Positions 21,450 to 31,053 of a stretch of 64,000 nt of DNA are shown here, piece by piece. A model generated the notes under the pieces. That model saw nothing but the letters and a program-made list of their open reading frames with translations. It had not been told where the DNA came from and did not search any database. How positions within the stretch are numbered: the first letter of the stretch is position 1; every line of letters begins with the position of its first letter. The DNA comes from Bdellovibrionota bacterium (GTDB lineage Bacteria; Bdellovibrionota_C; UBA2361; CAKMMH01): the NCBI GenBank assembly GCA_050952645.1, contig JBMNLI010000009.1:9037-73036 (forward strand), read 5' to 3'. Made by a program: the position numbers and the translations under genes.

Positions 21450-22313
21450 ATGAAAAAGCCTGTTTGGTTTAAAAAAGCACCACTTGGAAGAGAAATTGGA
21501 TCGAAAAATTTTATAGAACTTAAAAATATTATAGAAGATAGAGGTATTTTTACTGTTTGCAGGGAGGCAAAATGCCCAAATATAGGCGAGTGTTGGACGC
21601 ATAGGACTGCAACTTTTATGATATTAGGCGATACTTGCACTAGAAATTGTGCATTTTGCTCAATCAAAAAAGCTAGTGATGGGCATAAGTTAGCTTTGCC
21701 GAGCGATAAAGAGATAGAAAATATATCAAAAACTATTTATGAATTAAACTTAAAACATGCAGTTATAACGACCGTTACTAGAGACGATTTAAAAGATGGA
21801 GGAGCTATGCATTTTTATAAATTATGCATTAACATTCATAAGCTTCTTCCCTCGTGTACAATTGAGCTTTTAATTTCAGATTTACATGGCAATATAGAAT
21901 CTTTAAAAACTATTTTATCTGCCCCCATTTCTATTTTAAATCATAATATTGAAACCGTGCCGAGCCTTTATAAAAAAATTAGACCGATGGCAAGTTATGA
22001 GCGTTCTTTAAAAATACTTAGCGAGGCTAAAAAAATATCTCCTAAGATTCGCACGAAGTCTGGAATGATGCTAGGGCTCGGAGAAACTAAAGATGAGATT
22101 TTAAAAACTATGGACGACCTGCTTAATGCAAACGTCGATATTTTAACTTTAGGACAATATTTACAGCCGACTAAAAACCAAGTTCCCGTAAAAGAGTTTA
22201 TCCCCCCAGAGCAATTTAACGAATATAAAAAAATTGGACTACAAAAAGGCTTCGATATCGTTGAAGCTAGCCCTTTTACTAGAAGCTCTTATAATGCTAG
22301 AAATCATGTATAA
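21450..22313 (+). CDS. lipA: Lipoyl synthase
   Basis: CREAKCPNIGECW, CTRNCAFC, RSSY motifs. Confidence 0.98.
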   Translation: MKKPVWFKKAPLGREIGSKNFIELKNIIEDRGIFTVCREAKCPNIGECWTHRTATFMILGDTCTRNCAFCSIKKASDGHKLALPSDKEIENISKTIYELNLKHAVITTVTRDDLKDGGAMHFYKLCINIHKLLPSCTIELLISDLHGNIESLKTILSAPISILNHNIETVPSLYKKIRPMASYERSLKILSEAKKISPKIRTKSGMMLGLGETKDEILKTMDDLLNANVDILTLGQYLQPTKNQVPVKEFIPPEQFNEYKKIGLQKGFDIVEASPFTRSSYNARNHV

Positions 22314-22318
22314 AAATT

Positions 22319-22634
22319 GGTTCTTCACATTTTAGGTGGGTTAGAAAAATTGTTTTTGGAGGTTAGCTTAAAAGAAAATTGGAGCTAGCTAAAGCTAGCG
22401 GAGATTTTCTTTTGGGCTTCGTGGGGTTGGTGATACTAATTTTAAGGCCCAAAACCTACCTTAAAACGTGAAGAGCCTTGTTTTTGGGGTTTGATAATGC
22501 TTATAGTAAAGCTTATCCCTGAATGTATTTTTAAAAAGCTTAAAATGTAAAACTAGAAAAAAATAAAAGGTTCTTCACGTTTTAAGAGGGCTTAGAAAGA
22601 TTGTTTTTTGGGTTACCTTAAAACGTGAAGAGCC
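22319..22634 (+). mobile_element. Composite MITE (family A): units 22319-22477 and 22569-22634
   Basis: Both units run ggttcttcac..tttta / taaaacgtgaagagcc; 8-bp direct repeat taaaaatt at 22311-22318 and 22635-22642 flanks the pair. Confidence 0.85.
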
Positions 22635-22808
22635 TAAAAATTTAAAGTCTAGTAAAAAACAATAAGTTTAAAACTTTTATATTTCTATACGCAAAATTAT
22701 TTGATATATTTCTATTAAATCATCTAAAAAAAAGAAGAGAGACATTTACAAAATAAACTTTTGTGTCATCTTTAGATTCATTTAAAAAAATTCTATTTGG
22801 AGGAATAA

Positions 22809-23192
22809 ATGCAAACGAAAATTTTAAGAAAAATTTTAATTTTCTCAATACTTTTAAGTTTTACAGGTTGTGGCTTTGTTTACAATGAAAAAACTCTTAA
22901 AGATTTAAAAGATCCTTACGCATCACAAAATTGTAGCTACGAAGTATTATTAAACGTTAAAAACGACCCTAGAGATGCTAACTACATCGCATCACAAAAT
23001 TTTCAAACTATCGGAGTTTCTACCGTTAATAAGTTCTGGGTTTGGCCTTGGCCACCAACCATCCCTTATTATAGAAAAGATTTTAAGGCTTTAGTTTGTG
23101 AAACTGGTGCAGATGCGATAGAAGTATATCGTGGTGTAGGAACACCTCACTTTAGAAATGCAAGAATTAGACTATTAAAGCGTGCAAGATAA
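22809..23192 (+). CDS. Hypothetical lipoprotein
   Basis: GGAGG RBS; lipobox FTGC. Confidence 0.7.
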   Translation: MQTKILRKILIFSILLSFTGCGFVYNEKTLKDLKDPYASQNCSYEVLLNVKNDPRDANYIASQNFQTIGVSTVNKFWVWPWPPTIPYYRKDFKALVCETGADAIEVYRGVGTPHFRNARIRLLKRAR

Positions 23193-23260
23193 GTAAAAAA
23201 ATAATTAAAAAAGTAATTAAAGAAAAATAATAAACTAAAGAAATAAAAATTTAAGATTTT

Positions 23261-23297
23261 AAAAAGGAAAGCTTATTAAAAAAGGCTTTCCTTTTTT
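23261..23297. terminator. Bidirectional intrinsic terminator
   Basis: aaaaaggaaagc-loop-gctttcctttttt between convergent genes. Confidence 0.7.
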
Positions 23298-23302
23298 ATC
23301 TT

Positions 23303-23373
23303 AAACTTTCCCTTGTTTTACGTATAAAATTTAATTTTAACTTTATAACCTACTCAAAATAATTTAAAAAATT
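23303..23373 (+). mobile_element. Left-end remnant of MITE family B
   Basis: aaactttcccttgttttacgtata-aaatttaattttaa..aatttaaaaaatt aligns with 28535-28605. Confidence 0.65.
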
Positions 23374-23440
23374 CTTTCTTTTTAAATCTTTCTTTTAAAA
23401 AACTCTACAATACTATTTTATACTTACTATTTTATACTTA

Positions 23441-24118
23441 CTACTTTATACTTACTACTTCTTTGTTTTTTTTAGAAACTAAAATCTCAGTTGCGAAATT
23501 AGTAAAGATGCCATTTTCAACCACCCCAGGAATGCTATTTATCTCTTTTTCAAGATCGTCTTCTATTTTTTCAAATTCTACATCGTAAATTACATTTCCA
23601 AACTCCGTGATAACTTCTCCATGTTTTTTTTCAGCCATTCTTAAACTTATATTTTTTATATTAAAATTTCTTTCTAAAATTTTTTCTACACTCCTTATCG
23701 CTAAAGGATTTACCTCGATAGGAACTAGCGATTTTTTGGCAATGTTTTTAGCAAGCTTCGTCTCATCTACGATAATCACGTAATTTTTAGAAACGCTAGC
23801 TAAAATTTTTTCTCTTAACATTGCTCCCCCTTTGCCTTTTATAACTCTTTTCCTATCATCTACGGCATCTGCGCCATCAAAAGAAAAATCGATGCTATAA
23901 GGCACAATATCGGAAAGCACACGAATGCCTAACGCTTCGCAAAATCTCGTCGTAGAAATAGATGTTGAAATAGCGCTAACTTTAAAATTATTTTCTAGTG
24001 ATTTTTTCGCAATTTCTCTTATCGCATAATCGACGGTCGACCCTGTGCCTATACCAATTAAGCAATCTTTATTTATTCTTTTTGCTATCTCTAGCCCTAA
24101 ATTTAATTTTAAATCCAT
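23441..24118 (-). CDS. rpiA: Ribose-5-phosphate isomerase A
   Basis: GIGTGSTV, DGADAVD, IKGKGGAMLREKI, PGVVENGIF motifs. Confidence 0.97.
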   Translation of the reverse strand: MDLKLNLGLEIAKRINKDCLIGIGTGSTVDYAIREIAKKSLENNFKVSAISTSISTTRFCEALGIRVLSDIVPYSIDFSFDGADAVDDRKRVIKGKGGAMLREKILASVSKNYVIIVDETKLAKNIAKKSLVPIEVNPLAIRSVEKILERNFNIKNISLRMAEKKHGEVITEFGNVIYDVEFEKIEDDLEKEINSIPGVVENGIFTNFATEILVSKKNKEVVSIK

Positions 24119-24168
24119 AATAAAAATTTATACCTTAATTTTTTTAAAATCTTTTTTTTTAGCTTTTT

Positions 24169-25470
24169 TTAATTTTCATAAGAGAGAATATAATTAAATA
24201 TTTCCTCCATGATAACTTCCCCTCTATTTTTAAGTAGCTTTCCATTTATAAAAACAAAGGGCGTCCCAGGGATATTTAAAGCCTTTGCTTCTTCAATATC
24301 CGATGCGAGTTTATCACTATATCTTTTAGCCTCTAAACATTCTTTAAAAGCTACCTCATCTAATCCCAACTCGAGCGCTATCTGTTTAAATTCCTCTTTA
24401 ACTAAAGCATCACTTTCATTTTTAATAAGCGTAGGCATCGAGTATACGCTATCCATCGCCTCCCAGTATTTGCCTTGCTCTCCTGCACATAAACTAAAAA
24501 GTGAAGCAAAGCATGCGTATTTATGGTAATCGCCTTTTATCATCGAATTACATTTACTATCTAGTGGAAAATGTTTATAGACAAATAACACTTTACCTTC
24601 GTATTTTTTTAAGAAATTTTTAGATAAATTATAATACACTCTGCAGGCTGGGCATTGGAGGTCTGCGTATTCTACTATTTTTATTGGGGCATCTTTATTC
24701 CCCTCATAATATACGCCATCTAAATTTTTAGTCGCATTTAGTGCGATATCCTGAACTGGCTCATCTATCCAATTATAAAATCCTTTATGATGGCTTTGAT
24801 AATTTTCTTTTAAAAGCTGTGATTTATTGTAATTGCTTTTTATCTTAGGAAGTAAAATATTATCAGGTAAAAATAGCAAGAAAGCCCCTAAAAGAACGCC
24901 CGAAACGCTCGATATTATAGCATCTTTTCTTAAAATATGTTTACTTTTTCCGCTAATTCCTAAAACTATAAGTGGAAAATTTATTAAAGCGATTACACCA
25001 TCTATAAATCTCTTTGTCATACTAGTTTTTCTATCAAACATAAGAGCTACGAACCATTGCAAAAAGTTTGCGGCATACATCGCCATACAATTTAAGCATA
25101 ACGTCTTAATTATAAATTGCGAAACACAAAAAAGAGCTATTGAATACAAAACTGCACAAGTAGAAAGGACTAAACAAGTATTAAAATATACATTATCTTT
25201 TAATTTTTTAGATTTATAAAAATATATGGTCCAAAAAAACATTACTAAATAATATAAAATACCAAAAGATGCGATAGGCACGCCTAGAAATTCAGCAAAC
25301 TTACTCTCGTTGACTTTATCGCAATTAAACGCATCGCTTATATTGCAAAAAGATGGCGATATTTTTAAATCGTTTACTAGCTCAACGTGTTCATAAAGTG
25401 AAATAAACGCAAAGATTGCTCCTAAAACAGAACCTATTATCATTAGACTTAATAATTTTTTATTTTTCAT
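24169..25470 (-). CDS. VKOR-DsbA (thioredoxin) fusion, disulfide-bond formation
   Basis: FCNISDAFNCDKV and CLNC in the TM VKOR domain; EYADLQCPAC and GTP in the DsbA domain. Confidence 0.92.
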   Translation of the reverse strand: MKNKKLLSLMIIGSVLGAIFAFISLYEHVELVNDLKISPSFCNISDAFNCDKVNESKFAEFLGVPIASFGILYYLVMFFWTIYFYKSKKLKDNVYFNTCLVLSTCAVLYSIALFCVSQFIIKTLCLNCMAMYAANFLQWFVALMFDRKTSMTKRFIDGVIALINFPLIVLGISGKSKHILRKDAIISSVSGVLLGAFLLFLPDNILLPKIKSNYNKSQLLKENYQSHHKGFYNWIDEPVQDIALNATKNLDGVYYEGNKDAPIKIVEYADLQCPACRVYYNLSKNFLKKYEGKVLFVYKHFPLDSKCNSMIKGDYHKYACFASLFSLCAGEQGKYWEAMDSVYSMPTLIKNESDALVKEEFKQIALELGLDEVAFKECLEAKRYSDKLASDIEEAKALNIPGTPFVFINGKLLKNRGEVIMEEIFNYILSYEN

Positions 25471-25492
25471 AATTTTTACATAACCTTTAATA

Positions 25493-25870
25493 TTAATTTT
25501 TCATTTCATATAGTGCATGTTTATTATCTCTAAATAGTAATAAAAAATCATTACTTTTGAATAATTTTTTATCGATACTACTTTTACCATCTACTAAAGT
25601 GTATTTAGCTTTTTCTTTTATACTGTACTGTTTCATATTATCTGATGATTTAAGAGATAAAAAGTAATTTTTATAACTTTCTTCCCCTAGTAGTGTATTT
25701 CTATCATCGATAACGGGCTTAACGCCATCTCTTAGGTGCCATAAAAAACCTGGGTCGTTAAAAAAATTTTGCGATTTTAACATTAGTAGCAGGCAAAATA
25801 ATATTGTAGCTACTAATATGGTAGCAAGACTTATTTTAAATAACTTTTTTTTATCTTTCTTTAATATCAT
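25493..25870 (-). pseudogene. Internally deleted remnant of a polytopic (GT-C-like) membrane protein
   Basis: N-terminal DPGFLWHLRDG is fused directly to C-terminal PVIDDRNTLLG; from recall these motifs are normally hundreds of residues apart. Confidence 0.5.
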
Positions 25871-25951
25871 TTAGAGTTATTTTTATTATTTTGTAAAAAT
25901 ATAAAATTTTAGTTCTTTACATTTAAAGATATTTTTTAATTATGCACACGT

Positions 25952-26035
25952 ATGCTTAATATTATATGCTTAATATTATATGCTTAATATTATATGCTTA
26001 ACATTGCACGCTTAATATTGCACGCTTAATATAAA
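25952..26035. repeat. 14-bp tandem repeat x6 (aYgcttaatattRY)
   Basis: atgcttaatattat x3, atgcttaacattgc, acgcttaatattgc, acgcttaatataaa. Confidence 0.9.
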
Positions 26036-26123
26036 TGTGGAGTGTCAATATTTTGATGATAAAAAGCAAAGAACGTTTCTAGGAAAAGACTTTAATTCTT
26101 CACGTTAAAAGATGGTTAAAAAA

Positions 26124-26157
26124 AAACCCCAAAATAAGAAAACTTATTAAGGGGTTT
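26124..26157 (-). terminator. Probable terminator of the HU gene
   Basis: aaacccc..aataag/cttatt..ggggttt imperfect hairpin with a T-run on the minus strand. Confidence 0.55.
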
Positions 26158-26215
26158 AGAAGAAATAATTAAACTAATACGTTATTTAAAATTGCATTAG
26201 TTTAGATATGTAAAA

Positions 26216-26605
26216 TTATAATGCCATATCTTTTAATCCTTTAAGAGCCGTTACTTTAATACGAGTAGAAGCTGGCTTAGCAGGGATGTCCATTAATTCC
26301 CCTGGTTTAAAAGGATTAGGAACTCCTTTTTGAGCTTTTCTAGCAGCTACTTTCTTAGTTGAAATCTTTAAAAGACCTGGTAATGTAAAAGTGCCAACAG
26401 CATTTTTCTTAACGTGGCGTTCTATTTGAACTCCAAGCTCATCTAATACTGATGATACTTGTTTCTTATTTAAACCAGTGTTAGCAGCGATTTCAGTTAA
26501 CAACTCATTTTTAGTCATGCTTTTTGATACAGCAGATACTTTTTGTTTTTTTGCACTAGGACATGCGCTTGCGCATGATTTTGAACTTTTATTTGATGTT
26601 GCCAT
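26216..26605 (-). CDS. HU-family DNA-binding protein
   Basis: MTKNELLTEIA, FTLPGLLKI, NPFKPGELMDIPAKPA. Confidence 0.93.
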   Translation of the reverse strand: MATSNKSSKSCASACPSAKKQKVSAVSKSMTKNELLTEIAANTGLNKKQVSSVLDELGVQIERHVKKNAVGTFTLPGLLKISTKKVAARKAQKGVPNPFKPGELMDIPAKPASTRIKVTALKGLKDMAL

Positions 26606-26889
26606 ATTATCTCCAATAAAAAAAACGTAACCAATAAAAACACTATTTTTTACGGCTACAAATAAAGTTTCAAGAAAGTAATTTCTTTGAAACTTTTAAA
26701 ATGTTATATATATTTTAAACTTTGCGCAATACTATATTTACAAAGTATTTCACTTTTTTTATTTTTTTACTCCTGTTTTAATGGGGTAAAACTACTTAAG
26801 CCTAGCAAGAAAAGGGTATTGACAAAAAGAAAAATTAGTTGTTCATTTTTTTTAATTCTTTGCATAATTTTAATATACGCACAAACAGC

Positions 26890-28055
26890 CTATTTTAACA
26901 CTTTCCACTCTAGGTCTTGTTTAGTGCCTACTTGCTCAATATAAGATTTTTTTCTAAGCGATGCTAGTGTTCGTTGAACGGTTCTTGCAGTTTTAGAAAT
27001 CTTATCTGCCAACTCCTGTGTCGATAGGGTAGGGTTTTGTTTTAATAGAGCATACACCGCTTTTTCAGTGCCATTTAAAGTCGCATCTAAAGTAATTTTT
27101 GAAATATCGCCTTGAATTAAAGGGCGATAGATTATAAATTTAAATCCGTTTTCTTTATTTTCATAAGCATACTTGATTTTTGAATCTTTACACAAACTAT
27201 CTATTCTCTTAAAACCACTACCAAACTGCTCTATGTATTTACTTAAATATAAAATTTTTGAGATTGTCGCATTTCTTATTTCAGACTCAACATTTCCTTT
27301 TATATAATCTTCAGGTTTATGCTTACTAGCATAATTCCCAGGGCTATATATAGTTATCATACTCGGGTGAATACATATCTCATGGATAGTCTTACTTCCA
27401 TATAATGCATGAGCAAACCCATTTGCTAAAATCTGGTTCTTCACGTTTTAGGTGGGTTAGAAAAATTGTTTTTGGGGGTTAGCTTAAAAGAAAATTGGCT
27501 TTTATAGAAAACTATCTATAGTTTAAAGAAAAATTACAACTATATTTAAAGTAATTTATTTTATGCAAATTTCTTTAAAGTCAATTTTCTTTTGGGCTTC
27601 GTGAGGTGAGTGATACTAATTTTAAGGTCTTTAGCCCACTTAAAACGTGAAGAGCCTAAAATCTCTCTAATTACCACAGTCGGAACTTCTGGAATTTCAA
27701 TTCTTTCAGAGCCTATAATTTCACTTTTCCATCTAATGTTTTTAAATATATAATCTTCCGCCTTACTTAATAAATTATAAATATTATCTTCATATAATTT
27801 CATATCTAGTATGGTTAGTTTTTCATCCGTTGCAAATATACCAACTTTTAACTGCACGGGATTAGTGCTACTAAAAAGAACCTCCCCGGCATTAATTAAA
27901 TACTCATCTTTAACTAGACCAAATTTATTTAAAATCATTGGGACGGTATACTTACCATCGGGCAATCTCCCTGCCTTAATCGCTTTTTGCCAAAAAGATT
28001 TCACAGCCTTTTTATCAACTTGGTTCGATAAAGAGGTAGATTTTCCAAGGTTCAT
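26890..28055 (-). pseudogene. HATPase_c_4 ('RecG C-terminal-like') plus wHTH regulator, split by a MITE and lacking the usual N-terminal AlbA/Schlafen domain
   Basis: Removing 27435-27656 plus one TSD copy restores ..VVIREILANGFAHALY..; RNATIS, IEQFGSGFKRI motifs; C-terminal wHTH (ELADKISKTARTVQRTL). Confidence 0.85.
27435..27656 (+). mobile_element. MITE family A, full-length 222-bp copy (ISL3-like ends)
   Basis: TIRs ggttcttcacgttttaggtggg / cccacttaaaacgtgaagagcc; perfect 8-bp TSD taaaatct. Confidence 0.95.
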
Positions 28056-28080
28056 TTTATATCTCTCCTTTTTTTTCTAA

Positions 28081-28900
28081 GCGACACTTTTGTCGCCAGT
28101 GACGACATTTTTGTCGTCACCTTTTTTAAACAAAATAAAACTTTGTCTAGTTTAATTTAGCAATTATACATTCTCCTTTAATAACAATATGTTATGCCAT
28201 TTCTAAGGCGTTTTAAACTAAAATTTTTTATAGATTATAGCCATAAACTAAACACTTTTTTTAAGCTATATGCGACACTTTTGTCGCCAGTGACGACATT
28301 ATTGTCGCCTATAGCGACATTTTTGTCCATCTCCTTTTTTAAAGAAAAGAAAGCTTGTCTAGTTTAATTTGGCAAATATATATTCTCTTTTAATAACAAT
28401 ATGTTATACCATTTCTAAGGCGTTTTAAACTAAAATTTTTTATAGATTATAGCCATAAACTAAACACTTTTGTCGCTATATGCGACACTTTTGTCGCTAG
28501 AGGCGACACTTTTGTCGCCCTCCTTTTTTAGTTTAAACTTTCCCCTGTTTTACGTATACAATTTTAATTTTAATTGCATAACTCACTGAAATCATTTAAA
28601 AAAATTTTTAAAAGTGCTTGCACAAAATGCTAAAATAGCATACGTATTATACGTATACCCTTAAGAAACGACAGATACCAGCCTTAGGCTAAATTTTAGG
28701 CTCTTAAAAAACTATAGTATACGTAAAACAAGGGAAAGTTTGGGATAGATTACAGCCATAAACTAAACACTTTTTTTAAGCTATATGCGACACTTTTGCC
28801 AACTAGTGACGACATTATTGTCGCCTATAGCGACACTTTTGTCGCCACTTTTTTTTAAAAGAGAATAAAACTTTGTCTAGTTTAATTTGGCAATTATAGT
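28081..28900. repeat. Tandemly duplicated ~190-210-bp modules with 21-bp-phased CGACA-N4-TGTCG palindromes
   Basis: Intact palindromes at 28081, 28102, 28272, 28293, 28482, 28503, 28809, 28830; degenerate ones at 28314, 28461, 28787. Confidence 0.9.
28535..28741. mobile_element. MITE family B (25-bp TIRs)
   Basis: aaactttcccctgttttacgtatac / gtatacgtaaaacaagggaaagttt (1 mismatch); second partial copy at 23303; no clear TSD. Confidence 0.7.
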
Positions 28901-28942
28901 ATTTTGTTTATTTTTAATATCTTTTTAATTATACTACTTAAT

Positions 28943-29545
28943 ATGGAATTTAAAATTATAGAAACAACTTTTATAGGTGGCTACAATGTGCTTTCTAAAA
29001 TGCCTACAAACTTACCACAAATAGCACTTCTTGGGCGCTCAAATGTGGGAAAATCAACGCTAGTAAATAAATTATGCAAAAGAAACTCGCTAGCTAAAAC
29101 TAGCAAAACCCCAGGACGCACTAAAGAGTTTAACTTCTTTGAAATCACTTATAAAATTGATGAAACTAAAAATAAATTCCACTTAGTAGATCTCCCAGGG
29201 TTTGGATTTGCTAAATTTTCAAAAACAAAACAAATATCGCTTAACAAAAATATCGTCAAATACCTAGCCTCAGATTTACCACTTCTTGGCGTGTTTCTCC
29301 TAAACGATTCTAGAAGAACACCTAAAGAAGATGAACTAGCCATTCAAAAATTATGCTTTGAAAATAATAGATTCCTACAAATTATTTTAACTAAAATCGA
29401 TAAACTTAAAAAAAATGATATAAAAAAGCAATTATCCATTATCGCTGCTAGCTACAACTTAGAGCCACAAGATTTACTACTAAGCGGAAACGATATAGAC
29501 ACTAATAATATTTGGAAAAGAATTTTTGAAAGTGGTTTCTTATAA
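28943..29545 (+). CDS. engB: Ribosome biogenesis GTPase EngB/YihA
   Basis: GRSNVGKSTL, SKTPGRT, DLPGFG, TKIDK; ATG 28943 preferred over TTG 28904. Confidence 0.95.
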   Translation: MEFKIIETTFIGGYNVLSKMPTNLPQIALLGRSNVGKSTLVNKLCKRNSLAKTSKTPGRTKEFNFFEITYKIDETKNKFHLVDLPGFGFAKFSKTKQISLNKNIVKYLASDLPLLGVFLLNDSRRTPKEDELAIQKLCFENNRFLQIILTKIDKLKKNDIKKQLSIIAASYNLEPQDLLLSGNDIDTNNIWKRIFESGFL

Positions 29546-29587
29546 AACTTTCATAAACTAATGGTTGATATTAAATTTTAAAAAGCC

Positions 29588-31015
29588 TTAAAAATCAAAC
29601 TCTGGAGTGATTAGTCCTAAATCTTCTTTAGCCATATTTATTTTACTTACTATATGCTCACTACACCAAAAATTATCAAAAAACTCTTGCGGATTCACGG
29701 CGTAGCCATTAACTCTAATCTCAAGCAAATATTCCCTATCGACCGTAGAAATACCACTTTGCCCTAAATTTAAAAGCGCCTGCCCCACTGAAACTTTATC
29801 TCCAGTTTTAACTAACGGACTTCCTGCCATAGCGTAAAGCACTACTACATTTCCACCGTGTGCTACCCCTACAACATTACCGTAGTAATCCATTTTTTTT
29901 ACAAAAATTACTACACCATCTGAAATGGAGTTTACCGTGCTTTCATCTTTCGTTAATAAAAATGTAGTTCCACTCTCTTTCTTTTCTAACACTACCTTAT
30001 CAGAGTAAACGTAATGCACTCGTGAACCAAAATTTCTTAGAATCGTAGCCTTTTGTATCGCAAAAGGAAGCTTTAAACTTCTCTTAAAAACTACATTATG
30101 AACAATATCAAAAATTTCTTTCGATTCCTTTTTATGTTGCGTCTTTAAAACTCTAATTAAAAAATCATTTAAACTTTCATCTTGCTTTTTTTCTAATCTC
30201 TTTGAGATAGTATTTACAAAATACGAAGTAAGTTTTAATGTATGCTCCCCTACTCGTCTTTTTATCTTCTTATTATAAAATTTTCTAGTAGTAGTATTTC
30301 CAACATTATCTTTTGCAACGACTAAAGGTGTGATTTTTTTATTACCACTAGACGTTTTTTCGCTATCTAACACAGAATAAAAAGCACAGTAAACGCTCTC
30401 ATCTTTTATACTATCGTCTAAAAGAATTAAAGGAAAACCTTGAAAAACTTTATTCCCAACCTTTACTCCATGTTCCTTTAAATTATCGTCTTTAGCCTGA
30501 TAAATTACTAGTTGCACACCATTTAACAAAAGATTATGTTGAGTGCTAATTACTTTTAATTTTGGATATCTAGCATCTACATCTACATTAAACCTTACTT
30601 CCTTATGATTATTCCAAAAACTTTTATCAAATGCTTTAATAGTTATACTAGCAACACCTTCAGTAAGTTTTAACTCATTAAAGCCTAAAGGAATTTTAAT
30701 AATCTTTTCTTTTTCACCATTTAATTTACCATTATCTAATTGTATATGACGATTTTTTTGAGTAAGGCGAACGGTATATCCATCTAACCCAGCGCCAGTG
30801 TCTGAGATTTTTATTTCTAGCGTTTGAGGCTCGCTTCCGATGCCTTTTATACTACCTTTTTTTACCGTAATAACAGGAGGAGTTTTTTCAAATATTTGAT
30901 CGTATAGTTTGCCGTCTTTGTAATGTTTTAGAAATAAAAAAAGCAAAACACAAAATATAGATATCAACACGAAAAATAAACATAAATACTTTATCGATTT
31001 TCTTATTATTTTCAT
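29588..31015 (-). CDS. M23/LytM-domain protein, apparently lacking the Zn ligands
   Basis: DGVVIFV..YYGNVVGVAHG..VKTGDKVSVGQ..GQSG..EIRVNGYAVNP; HxxxD and HxH absent. Confidence 0.8.
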   Translation of the reverse strand: MKIIRKSIKYLCLFFVLISIFCVLLFLFLKHYKDGKLYDQIFEKTPPVITVKKGSIKGIGSEPQTLEIKISDTGAGLDGYTVRLTQKNRHIQLDNGKLNGEKEKIIKIPLGFNELKLTEGVASITIKAFDKSFWNNHKEVRFNVDVDARYPKLKVISTQHNLLLNGVQLVIYQAKDDNLKEHGVKVGNKVFQGFPLILLDDSIKDESVYCAFYSVLDSEKTSSGNKKITPLVVAKDNVGNTTTRKFYNKKIKRRVGEHTLKLTSYFVNTISKRLEKKQDESLNDFLIRVLKTQHKKESKEIFDIVHNVVFKRSLKLPFAIQKATILRNFGSRVHYVYSDKVVLEKKESGTTFLLTKDESTVNSISDGVVIFVKKMDYYGNVVGVAHGGNVVVLYAMAGSPLVKTGDKVSVGQALLNLGQSGISTVDREYLLEIRVNGYAVNPQEFFDNFWCSEHIVSKINMAKEDLGLITPEFDF

Positions 31016-31053
31016 ACTTTAATTTCCACTTTAATTTTAATTTATATTTTAAT

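Noticed and set aside
28081..28900. CRISPR-like array of palindromic repeats
   Set aside because: The repeats are 16 bp with only 5-6-nt gaps, the longer intervening segments are copies of each other, and there are no cas genes.
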